Source: Balanoglossus misakiensis (Eukaryota > Animalia > Hemichordata). From it: a stretch of 64,000 bases of DNA. The notes beneath the pieces are model-generated. The model saw nothing but the letters and a program-made list of their open reading frames with translations. It did not search any database and was not told the DNA's origin. Shown here piece after piece: positions 1 through 12,000 of the stretch (its first letter is position 1; each line of letters starts with the position of its first letter). Location: the NCBI GenBank assembly GCA_040954595.2, contig CM082592.2:9225677-9289676 (forward strand), read 5' to 3'. Made by a program: the position numbers and the translations under genes.

Positions 1-3000
1 TTCCTTAATAGAATGCAAGTTGTTTGAATGTTCTGAGAAAGATTCGATACCTCTCTCAGAACACTCAACGTGTCCCTGTACTGTAGTGTGTATAGAAAGC
101 TGCCCCCATCTCGTCTGCACTGCCGGATCGCATGCGAAGCCGAAGCCATAACCCAAACACGGATCGCTATCTGATGGCCGACGCGGGACCGTGTCGGAAG
201 TTTATAAAACCGAATCAAACGACGTCTTGAAAGAATCTTGACAGCCCGCATGTAACAGTCAACAGATTCCAGATTCCGGAATCCCCAAAATAGAGTCACA
301 ATCGACAGAGAGAAGGAGAGAAAAAAAGCGACGGTCTTTTCTCTTCAAATAATCTACTTCGACGTGTGTGGGACTCTCCCGGTTCAATTCGAGTGAGATA
401 TCTCTAATGAATACCTTCTGCTCCGACCGGCTCTGACCTACAAAAACCGTCACTATCGTCTGCATGCGTTCAAACCGTGACTTGCTGCATCGATTGTTCC
501 GACAAGAGAACTGGCTGTCCCCAACACGACGATAAGACGGACTGTATGTTGAGTAAAATAGCCAAACTAATTGGAACAAACATTAACCTCTTTATCAACA
601 TAAACGACAAAATAACTCCCCACCGTAGTTTTATTTTGAATGTTTCGATTGCCTCTGTTGAGAAACTTCTTCGCTGCGTCTTTCTTTCTCTGTGGTTATT
701 ATATATTTGTCACGAAACCTGTAGAGCCGAACTTGGTCAGCTCTCTAAACGGTTAGAAATTTTGGCTGGTACTGAGATAAAACTGAAGGGAAATGTTGGA
801 CATTTGTCGGGCGTCTGTCGTCGGGAGAGCGCGACGTCGCCCGCAGAACGTCATCCGTCGTCACGGTGGACGGGCGGACAACGGAGATCTGGTTGTGCCG
901 CCGTTTACTCGGCGAAACCTGAGACTATTTAGCGGTAATCATCGTAATCTAAGATAAGACGCACAAAAAACTAGAAAGGGAACCGAAAAACAATATGAGC
1001 AAGCTACGCTACTTCTGCTTTTCATCGTCGGAAGTTAGCAAAAAAAAAGAAGAAAGAAAACGACAAAAGACAAACGGAAAAGGACGTGAAATCTATTTTG
1101 TTATAAAATGGTAAAATCTTGTTTTCAGTACACCGTGTTCATAAAAAATTCTGTGGCATGAGATCCAGCAGTGTTTTTTTCACGAAACAAGCATCTAGGA
1201 AACAATGAACAAACCAACAAACGGACTCTTTCAAGTATCGCTCATTTTTCGGGTTGTGGTATTTATTGCTTTTTTAAAAACATGCACTCAAGGTTTACTT
1301 TCAACTTTCGACGCTTTGATAATTTGCCGGCATTATTTATTTGTTCTGGAATCACGCTTATTGTGGTTGGTCATTATATTTATCCCCCCGATCCCGGCCA
1401 GGAACGTCGCCTATATTTTGGAAGGGCTGTTGGGCAAGTGTGTTTCGCGCCGGTGCGGTCCTCACAAAATCGCCAATGGGTCGGTTTTGCACGCGAGATG
1501 GCAATGGCAGATAATGGGCGTCCGAACAGAAAAAAAGCCTGGATACAGGGTTACCTTGATCCCTATCCATCTTTCCTTTCACAGTCAAAGGGGTACGAAC
1601 AACCGAATCTACCACCCCCGTGTAACTAAATATGTATGTAACGGCTTGTAAATAGCGAGGCGTGATTGTACGTGTTTGCGCGGCGTGTCGTTGCACCCCG
1701 AGGCGTTGAACCCACTCTTGCCGCTGTTTTCAGCATTGTAAAAAAAAACAAAACAGCCCATGGAAACGACACTCTATATTTCGCCATGTCTAATTCTTTA
1801 TGTGAAAATAATAATGATGAATTCAAATTTAAGGAGGTTCTCTATTTTCGATTTTGTACGTCGCGTGAAAGTTCTCAGACTGACTGAGAACTTTCTGTCT
1901 GCTAATGACGACAGTGAGATCGTCGGTTCCTCTGTTCGGAGATTAGATCAAATCTGAAAATCAAAATCTAACTGATCCCCCGATGAAAATATTTCGTGAG
2001 ATGGATGGAGAGTATGGTGTGTGTCTAAAGCTGTATTACGAAAACACTGGCCGTCCGGCGGATCATCTTTCCTCCGACAACATTCACTCAGGGCTATCGT
2101 ATGGACAGTTAATGACTTGCCCGACTCCTCCCACCGGCAACCTGATATTTTCACTCAAAGAAAAAAAAGTTGTTCGATAGAGTTGCAGTGTCTGTAAAAA
2201 AAGAGACAACATTGAACCAAACACTAAAGCCCCCTTCGCCGCGGGCGGGCCTCGGGACAGAGTCTGCCATAGCAACCACTTTAAGGGTGAGCTGGTTGTC
2301 ACCGTTCGGTGATCGGGGACACACAGCGGACGGACGGGGCCGAGGTAGCACTTTGCGGAGAATGACTGTCTTGTACCCACCAGTGCGACCCTAAGATCCA
2401 GAAGTAATATCTTCGAGGCTACTGTGACCTCATCGACTGCACTTTTTGCCATTTACTCACTTGTGTGTAACGACCGCCGATGCATTGAGGATGCCGATAT
2501 GCGTTCCATCACGGCCCTTGTATAAACTTGACGGGCATTTTTTAAATTATTTACCGAGACTTTTACATACATGTATTTTAGGCATAACTTTTCACTTTGT
2601 TAAATACGACATTGACAGAACGGGTCATCAGTGCCCTGACTGGCGAGCATGGCGAATGATTCGTCAACAGAGGGCGATCTCAGTTATCATCGCCTCGAGC
2701 GACCCTTTATAGTCTCCACCGAAGAGATTTAAATTGATGTCAACTGTTTATACGTCAAAAAATCAGCCCTGCTTTACAATGTAAATGTTTCTTTTAAAAA
2801 ATAGAAAAATTAAATTATCCAGACGGGATATATTATTCCAACGTTTCATTAGGTTTTCAGCTATAGTCCTATGGCACGCCCTATCTCAGTAGCATAACTT
2901 AGATGTACAACATTTGGTATGCTGTTCACCTCACATACCCATGATACCCGTCACGTTTATTACCCAATTCCTCCTATACGAAGCATTGTCAAAAACAATT

Positions 3001-4900
3001 TAATTACAAGGAATAGTACAGTATTACTGAAATACGATATTATTTTTAAGATGCTGCTGAGGACATCTTGGACTTACAGCCGAGACTGATGACAGTGATA
3101 CCATATTGAATTTGCACCCCTCAGAGCATAGTGGAATGACCCCACATATATTTGATACAATTTTAATTGCCGATTTACCAGTTTATTGTGATTACGCAGT
3201 TAAGTAGTCCGCAAGTGTTTATGGTATTTCTTGTGAGGTATTAGATTTCGAGTTGGGATGTTTCTGTATAAAAGCTCTTTTATTATTATTGATCGAATAT
3301 TTGCTCCTGGAAAGGTTGAATTTGCTCCGTCAAGGCAGTCCCGCATGTATTTATCCAAAAGTTTGGCGGGTGTAATACGGCGAGGAACTTGTCAGTGAAA
3401 GGGAACCTTGTACATGTCACATGTTGTAATATGGCCGTTGTCCGATTACATGTGAGTTAATGAGAGTGGCATCTCCACAAAAATCCGAACCATCGGCAGA
3501 ATTGTGCGACGAAATTGCATCTTAGATGGGAATCGAGGAGAGCCTGATGTTAACTAACGTTATTTGAGCTAGTCTTCATGAGATCCCGACGTGAGAAGCG
3601 TTTCATCGACTATTTCGAACCACAGGTCTGCTGTACCTGAACGAACCGTTAACGGTCACGTTGATTAATGAGACATCGATCGCCGAGATCCAAGAAATAC
3701 GGGTAATCGCGCAGGTTTCTCAACGTAGATGCTTCACGAACTGAAAGCCGATGTAAGTACGATCTCATTAACGCTAGTCGTGTAAAAATCGGACTGGATT
3801 TGATAAAGTTACGGCCATTCTAGGTTTTTCGAACCTCGGCGCCGTGAATGCAATGCATAGTTTAACCCCAACGTCTACAAACTTTGAACGAATCATATTA
3901 CGAGCAGGTACACTCGCCCCTACAATCGATTTGTCGTTCACGGAACTGATCAGCGCTTTGTCGCCAGCTTCACTTCACGTCTGGATGCACTCAGAGCGTT
4001 CTCGTCAAGCGAATTTTGAGTTATTCTCATTGATAGAGGAGTATCTTCGTTGGATTTTGGACAGCGGATCGACGCGACTGTTGAGTGTGGGACAGCGCCC
4101 CCATTGTCGAAACTCGATTTTGCTTCACATTTGTTTTATTAACTGTTGAACTTTCAGGGACTCAAATTAGGTTGAGCCACGCCCGTTTACTAGTACTTTC
4201 TCCAGGAAATTGTAACTCGAAACAATTTTTCATAGAGCTTTTTACATCTTGGATTTTGATAGGATTACTATTAATTATACTACTTTCATTGAATTTAAAG
4301 TGTCTTTGTGTCATTTTGTCCACGGCATGTGAGCGATATCGTAGTGGTCAAATACAGATAACCGAATGTTTGATTTTGAAGATAATTTTTCTGGTGTCAC
4401 TTTTCAGCCATTTTGCAATTGGGAAACAAGCTCAGAAGATCCAGAAAGATCTACAATACAGCTGAGGCCGTTATAATCTGCACATTCAGGATCGACAGGT
4501 GCGTACTTTGTAATTTGCATATGATGCGCGTTTATTTTGCATACTCATTTGCGTATTGAACCGTGACCTTTTTATCGATAAATTCAGACAGACACACTTT
4601 GGAAAGGACAAAATTCTCTGTCAAAATTTCTTTTAATAACTCAATTTGTACATAAATTGGATTACATAGGGTTTGTTTTGAAGTCAGATTTGTTTTCTTT
4701 CATCACTACCAATAATACATGCCGTAGCAGAAGACTTGGAAGGTATGGTAACGACCAATGTGCCAATACTAAACATGATTTACATGTTTGATGTATAGTT
4801 TTTCAGGTAGGTAAATGAATATTGTCTTTAATCGTCCATTTACCAATACTTAAAACAGTGTTGAACTCGACGCTAATTGTCCAAGATAAATTGGAATGAT

Positions 4901-5050
4901 TCAAGTATAATTTAAATATTGTTCAGATTTGTCTTCGTGAAGGGGGCCCGGTAACATAATGGCGCAGGTTCCAATAATCGTCGCCATGATGAAAACGCAA
5001 AGAAATAGACGATCTAACACGCAGGCTACGTATTTCCAATCCTCCCGAGC
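4901..5050 (-). CDS. nAChR alpha exon 6 (MA helix, M4, stop)
   Basis: Acceptor ctcttttatcgacag|GCT. Translates AREDWKYVACVLDRLFLCVFIMATIIGTCAIMLPGPLHEDKSEQYLNYT*, with the canonical DWKYVA..LDR motif. Absent from the ORF track. Confidence 0.95.
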   Translation of the reverse strand, partial: AREDWKYVACVLDRLFLCVFIMATIIGTCAIMLPGPLHEDKSEQYLNYT

Positions 5051-5209
5051 CTGTCGATAAAAGAGAGAAGGGGGAGGGAGAGAGAGGGACAGAGAGAGTT
5101 GAGTAATAATCTAACATAGCAGTTACCAGACATGACGTAAAACACGAAAAGTTATAAAAAGGTCATAGGTGCTTTGCTTTGAGGGGAGATTGTTGTATTT
5201 TTTATATAC

Positions 5210-6179
5210 CTGGATTGTCTTTTCTTCGTGTTTTATGTACTGAGTGATGTACTTGACTTCGTGCAACAAAGCATAGTCACTCGGCGCGAGCCTCTGCCTG
5301 CCTGCCTTGCTTCGGCTACTGTCGTGTCTTTTCGGAACACCGTTGGACGTACACGTCATCCCCGGGTCTGACTTCTGCATACTGATGACTTTCATGTGCA
5401 TTTGCCTGTGGTCGTCGACGCCCTCGCCGTTGTACTCGTTGTACGTCCTCTTGATCGACTGATAGTTGCACGGTTTCCTCTTGTAGCTCATGTTCAAGAC
5501 CCTCGGCAGGATGTCCATGAACAGCTTCTTGACCCAGGGCCGCATGCGGTGGGTGCTGGCCGAGCGGTAGTGCAGGTTGATCACCGCCACGGTGACGACG
5601 ATCGACGACGACACCAGCACGGTGGTGAAGAGGAGGAATTTGCCGACCAGCGGCGTGGCAGACGACGTCGGCGGCATGATCTCCGCCATGAGCAGCTGGA
5701 AGACGGTCAGCGCCAGCAGGACGGAGATGCTGAGCGAGATCTTCTCCCCGCTGTCTGGCGGCAGGCAGAACACCAGCATCACCAGCATGGACATGACGAT
5801 GCACGGGATGATCAGATTGACAACGTAGAACAGGGATCTCCGCTGTAGGACCAAGGTATAGACCACGTGGTAATAGACGTCAGTGCAGCACGGATACGTC
5901 TTGGAATAATTCCTTCCTGGAGCTGCGATTATTTCCCACTCCTCGTTTTCCCAGAAGTCCTCTTTCACGGCATATCCTTCCATTATTTCCAGATAGATCT
6001 GTTCCCCGCTGTATGCCCAGGTGCCGAATTTCATCTGGCAACGCTGCTCGTCGAATGGAAAGTACTCGATGTCTATGGAACAAGGGCTCTTGAAGATGGC
6101 CGGGGGCAGGTGGTACACCAAGCCTGTGTGGCTGACGACCGCCTTGGCGGCGAAGTCTGCACCGTACGTACCGTCGGCA
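5210..6179 (-). CDS. nAChR alpha exon 5 (loop E, Cys-loop, loops B and C, M1-M3, cytoplasmic loop)
   Basis: Acceptor tttcatttcag|T GCC GAC GGT, donor ATC CAG|gtatat, 970 nt. Translates ADGTYGADFAAKAVVSHTGLVYHLPPAIFKSPCSIDIEYFPFDEQRC...YPCC...GEKISLSISVLLALTVFQLL...HEEKTIQ. Overlaps ORF 5123-6121. Confidence 0.97.
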
Positions 6180-6653
6180 CTGAAATGAAAATAAATAAAT
6201 AAAAAATATCAGATATGTGTGATTTGAAGTAAACTAAATTTAGTCCAAACCGTGGTGGTGAAAGGTTTAAACGTGGTATTAAACATTATTGTTTGATCCC
6301 GATGATACAGGGCGTTTCTGGATGTAAAGCTGCGAAAGTAAGCGGTGTTTGAAACATTTGCAGCGCCCTCAGGTTATCTGGGCCACTAAAGAAAATTGTC
6401 AGTTTTTTTGTCTGCATATGTGTGCGAGATTTCCGTCAGATTAGACTAACTTGTCACGTACACATGACAGATAAATGTATAAACTAACTTTCTCATTTTT
6501 TTCTCAGAATCAACACGTCAAACCGCCTTAGAAGTACAAGTTCGCTGCCAGAGAATGCCGATAGACATCGCAGTCACGAGATTCTTTGAGGAGAAGATCG
6601 TTAGCAACTTCACGACCCAGTTAAGGTAAATAAAACGTTACTGCTATACTTAC

Positions 6654-6763
6654 TAATTGTAAAGGACGGTATCGGGCCTCCATATCAATTCTTGGGGAAT
6701 CGGGATGGTGTGTATTCCACTGTAGTTTGCAGGATCCCATTGTAAACGGTAGTCTGACCACTC
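6654..6763 (-). CDS. nAChR alpha exon 4 (110 nt, loop A)
   Basis: ttttctcctag|GAG...AAT TA|gtaagt. Translates [36 protein letters not shown]. 110 nt is the typical size of this nAChR exon, and phase 2 matches exon 5. Confidence 0.95.
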
Positions 6764-7324
6764 CTAGGAGAAAAGCAAAGCATAGCGCATGGTCAAATAG
6801 GGCAAAACACAGAGTAAAAGCAAAACACAGAATAAAATATAACCTGCGAATTGGGTTCTTTAACACGATTAAGTCTTCCCCTTTTCTTGATCGCGCAGCA
6901 TCGTGTGGTTTAAATGCACAAAATGGACTGAATTTAATCCATCATGCCCTAGATGCTTTACGGCGAATCTGGTTTCCTAAGAGACAACTACGACTCCGGG
7001 CGATATTGCGTGGTTATTTTACATGAACATCTTTCATACTGTGTCGGGTCGTTAATGGGGGATTTTGTGTTTGAGTCAGATAAATGGGTGTAGATTCTCG
7101 TTCGTGTCCACCAGCTTCTGCACGAGGTCAGAATGTCAATGTGCATGATTGCTTCATTATATGGACATCGATGGATTGTTTGGTGAAAGTATCACTAATT
7201 AAAGCTCCGCCGTAATTTTATTTTGAGGTCCCGAAAAGCGACTGCGTGCATATCAGGAACTAAAAATCACCAGCTTTAGCCTATCCATCGTAAAACTAAA
7301 AGCATTCTGTTTTATTTACAGTAC

Positions 7325-7369
7325 CTGTTTTATCCATACGCTTGTGGTCATAATTTGGTTTCTTTCATC
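7325..7369 (-). CDS. nAChR alpha exon 3 (45 nt, loop D)
   Basis: cttcttcacag|GAT...CAG|gtac. Translates DERNQIMTTSVWIKQ, the typical 45-nt nAChR exon. Confidence 0.95.
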
Positions 7370-8911
7370 CTGTGAAGAAGGAAGAGGAAAAATATTATTA
7401 GGAAAAGGTAAACTTCATTCGAGACTGGAGTTAACTTGGAAAGTTCGTATGTATGTACGTATGTGGTAACAGTGTTAAACCCAATGTATAACGGAATATT
7501 AAGAAAAAAACAACAATAAGGCTAAATTTGTCCACGGAAAACTATTTCCTTTTGTCATTAAGCATGATCATTTCAATTATCAAGTACTCCACTTTGTTCA
7601 AATTAGGTGGTCAGATAGCGCGTAAAACGCCGTTACTATGGCAGACGTTTCATATTAAATGGGCGAGATGAAGCTGTATGTCGTATAGACACTGAAGCGA
7701 GTTCATGTTTCGTTAATGTCTCTTGTGAAATTGAAGGGCAGCTCTCCAGGCCAGTAATAAAATATTGCCCGACGATACTTAAAGGTGCATGTATGGTTTC
7801 AAATGGTCTGTCTGATGAGATTTCGCGCTATACGTTTTCTCCGAGTCACAGTTTATCTTCTACCATAAAACGAATGCGTGGTCTGTGTTATAGGGGGACA
7901 TAAAATAGATTATAGCAGAAGGTTTCCAATAGATAGGGGTTTTATAGCATGTTCGACAAGTCGCCGAATGTACTTTGTATATATCAGGCGATATAAAAGA
8001 CCCTGTTAATTGTTTTTCACGGTTCTGAGAAAGTGGCCAACTTTTCAAACGAAGTATAGCGTGCTCGTGTTGAGATAACCCACATGCTCTACCCATGAGG
8101 AGACAGCCTACTTTACCATGTGACATGGCACAGATAAGCGAGTACTGTTGCGAGAAGGCATGTCAACCTACAACTTCTCTTATAACAGGTGTCGATAACA
8201 TTATGATCGGAACATCAATATTTTAGCGTAAACTCTACGCCATTGACACTAATAGTAAGACTTTTTTTATGCCAACGGTGTTTCCGTGAATCGCCGTGAA
8301 GTTCCAAAGGCCGTCGTACTCTTGACAAATTTATATTCTAGCCGTAGAGAACTGATCTGCTAAGTCAACTGAAACGAAGTTGATGAATATATTTTGCTTC
8401 CTTTGGTATATTTGCAATCCCCTTCAGATCCTGTAATCCAGCAGCAAATGCAAAAATTTAACGGGATTTACTCTTTTTCCCCAAACTCCCGTCCCTTAGT
8501 AATCCTCTATTACGTTATACTTTGAATGTCTGCTTATCGTGGCTGTAACACCGTGCTGTTTGTACAGTAAGATACCCGCCAAGATTCATCAATGTGGGTT
8601 ATTGAAACTGGCGACTCGCTGTACGCCAGCGAATTGGACGGAAATGTTTTTCAGTAAACTTCCTTTGTGCATTCCCCTGCCTCGGAGGAAGTGAAAATTA
8701 CAAAACATGCGTTTTGTATGCTATTTGACAGTCTTTGCCTCAGGGCAAATCCGGTTGGAATGTAGTGATTGAAATTTTCGCTTTTGCTCCGTATCCATAT
8801 AGGGTACTACTGTTAACTAAGGGGAGAATCATTTGATTTCTGGGGGATGGGTGGAGGATTTAGGTATGCTCAAAGTGGGAGATATAATGAGAGACCATAA
8901 TGGTGACTTAC

Positions 8912-9057
8912 CACATCCATGAGCTGCACGATAGACAACCCGAATCTGACTTTAAGCACGTCTTTGGGGTCCTCCACCGGCCGAACCAGTGTGTCATAGT
9001 CGTTCCCGTACAGTAAATCTCGAAAAAGACGCTGTTCACTAACAGAGGCATTCACAC
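8912..9057 (-). CDS. nAChR alpha exon 2 (N-terminal helix, beta1)
   Basis: cctccactacag|GT GTG AAT...GAT GTG|gtaagt. Translates VNASVSEQRLFRDLLYGNDYDTLVRPVEDPKDVLKVRFGLSIVQLMDV, with the conserved RL..DL...Y...RPV pattern. Confidence 0.95.
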
Positions 9058-12000
9058 CTGTAGTGGAGGATCAGACAAAAGATGGATATTGTTAGGACAG
9101 CAACACCGCCTTATGGCATTGGCTGTGTACAATTTTTGTAACCAGAGTCTCTGGTTTGGTACACGCGCATAAGACGATAGTCGCCCTTTAATAGTGACAA
9201 ATAGTTTTAATGGCTAGACGACCCCTTCCTCGTCCCTTTTCGTAAACGCCCTAAAGAGCAACGGGCTATATCTGGAAAACATATAGGTTATTTTTCAATG
9301 TGAGTTACGCAGTAGAGACAGTGCCTGTCAGTGTTTGGCAATAATGGTATAAAGGCTACCCTAGTGCAACGTAATGGCGACCCCTTGATCCCCTCTAATC
9401 AGGTCCTACAGACTCGTTCTGTATGGTCCAAATTAATCGAATCCAACGCATGGCGCACAGTAATTGATATACAAGATCCCAGTGCCATCCGGCCGTAAGA
9501 CCTTAAGACTACCCGTCAATCATTTCTCGTAGAATAGACGGCACTTGTAGCTCTTAAAATCCCAAGACTGTAACACTACTTTCGCTGGTATAAAATATAC
9601 ATGATTAATCCGTCGTTCGTGACCTAGGAGACCCCCGGGAACACAGTTTTAATGAACAACTGCGCCCGGAATGACATTTTCAAACCTAGATTTAAAGAGT
9701 CTGTCCATATGACGCTGTCGGCAAAACCTTTACGTCTGCACATGTTGTAACTGCAGCCATTTTTTATTCGTTTTGTTGGTGTGTATATACTGGGATATAA
9801 TTGCGTGTCCACGACAAGTAACTTTCCCCCTTCGGCAGGTTGTAATGATGAACGAGGAATTTGATGGAAGAATAACAATCCATCCTCTAATAGTCTGGCT
9901 GGCTATCGCCATAGAGTAAGAACTCCCCCAAAGGTTTCACCACAGAAGCTGGCCAAACACGCGTACATGTACGTCGCTTGTCAGCTTACGAAAGATTTAT
10001 GGTAGCTCGGAAGTAGTACGAATGTGTACGCTTAAGCCATCGCCAGTGTGAACGCTTTGCGGCTGATTTACTGAGCATTACTGAACCTAACAAATTAAAG
10101 ACACTGCTTGTCTTGTCGTCCGCCGTAAATTATTTGGGCTCACAGATCCTGCTGATATCGGCAAAATGCAACTCTCGAATGAAACGATCAGATTTGTTCC
10201 ACTAAATAACTGGTCTAATTTTAACCAAATCACTGACCGCCATAATACACATAATGTAAGCACGTTTCTCAAATTTGCATTCTGAAAACGTTAGCTGGTG
10301 GTCACAAGCAATGCTAATCAAAAGACGTTATCAACCATGCGGCAAAGATTCAATTTAGAAAATGTCTACACTCAGATAAGTTCAGCCGGACGGGTCTGCC
10401 TGAAAATTACATCACTTAAGAGGCAGACACAATTAGGACGATGAATTCGATTCAGCTTTTGAATGACACATCATGATACGCCCCCTGCACCTTAATGTGA
10501 TACAGCCAGCAGATATGTTGTGTAATAACAACAGGATGTCTTTGGTCTCAGTGAAAGCAATGAATAAAGTATATATAACATGGAGTATATTTTAAAATTT
10601 ATGCTGGAAACGTGAACACAGCCTGTGTAAATGTAGATAGATGATACTTCGAAGTAGACACGGACGATTAGTAAGTCTCGATCAGTGCTAGAATTTGTTT
10701 TGCGCGACACTTCATATGTCACTGGACGCGTCACTGACTTCTATCGGCACCTGTTCAATTTTCACCAAACAAATTCACTCCCACTTTATAGTCACTTATG
10801 TTCACGTTTCCTCGAAGAATACGGCAATTTACCATAAATTCTATCTTCCCAGACGATAATTGTGTAAACCAACCGGCGATTTGCGTCGTCTCAACGGGAT
10901 AATTTGCAGGATTTATTAGAGTGAACTCCGGTGCCGTTAGAAATGATGAATATCCACAATCAGCTCGTATCTCATTCTCGGAGCACGACTAAGTGTTTCT
11001 TCGCTCTCAGTTAGCGCCTTGGGACCGCGACTGTACACTGTAAAATTGTGTATCACGACATTGTCTGACAAGGCCATATAAATTGTTCCTTTTGTCGTTG
11101 AGATAACCACGTAGAGCTCCATGTTTGTGTGTTTGTACACACACACACAGTCATAAGTATTCATGAGAAGTCGGCATATAGACGGTTTCCACTGTTACCG
11201 GTTGTAAAATACACTACATCCAGAGATTATGCACGAAACCACAGTGCTTTTATACATTTACCGAGAAGTAACTCACTTGCAAAAAGACCCTAAATCGCCA
11301 CTATGCGCCGACAAGCAACTTTACAAAGTGGCAATGAGTATGTCATATTTCAGAGACTTACCTTCCTGTTAAAATCACATTTTTCACGTTTTCACTTCCG
11401 TCTACGGAAAAAAAGACGGGTCCCAGCTTGAGTGGAAATCCTGTGATATATTGTGTGTCAGAAAACCGCCATAAACCAAGAACTCGGCCACACTGCGTTC
11501 TTTGAAAGTAAAAGCTAAGGGCTTATAACAAATAATCTGCAATACATCAAAATGGATATCGAAGTGACTAACCTCTTATTGTATACTTGTATATAATTTG
11601 TGTATCTCTTGTGTTTTTGTATTCAGTGATATCCACAAGAATGTCACCAGACACATCAAAGCAGGATTGGAATAAGCGTGAAATATTCACATGAAGATCA
11701 GGAAAACCCAAGGAAGATCAAAAGCCAGCTGTGAACAACCTCTCAAGAATTCCCTTTAAGGTAAGCCACAAAGTTCTGCTAACATATTGTCATATATTCA
11801 AATATAGATGCCAAATTATGACTGAAATACACAGGGTTGTTGTACTTTCTTCCAATGTGGCTGATAACCCTTCAAAGATTCCCAAACAAAGCAGTGAAAA
11901 CCCGACTCCGCTAATGCCATGTGATTGCTTTCTCTGCATTGAACCGAGTTCATCAAATCCATCAAACGTACCAAGGAAACCATAGTGCCTGCACGCGCGC

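Noticed and set aside
4089-4100. GGACAGCGCC, the right half of an RE1/NRSE element
   Set aside because: The left half (TTCAGCACC) is missing; a half-site alone is not supportable.
3700-4465. Long, nearly open frames on both strands downstream of the nAChR (possible decayed mobile-element ORF)
   Set aside because: Several in-frame stops, no recognisable domain motif and no termini found.
5316-5848. Overlapping ORFs of 162, 150 and 83 aa in other frames or antisense
   Set aside because: Shadows of the GC3-rich nAChR exon 5.
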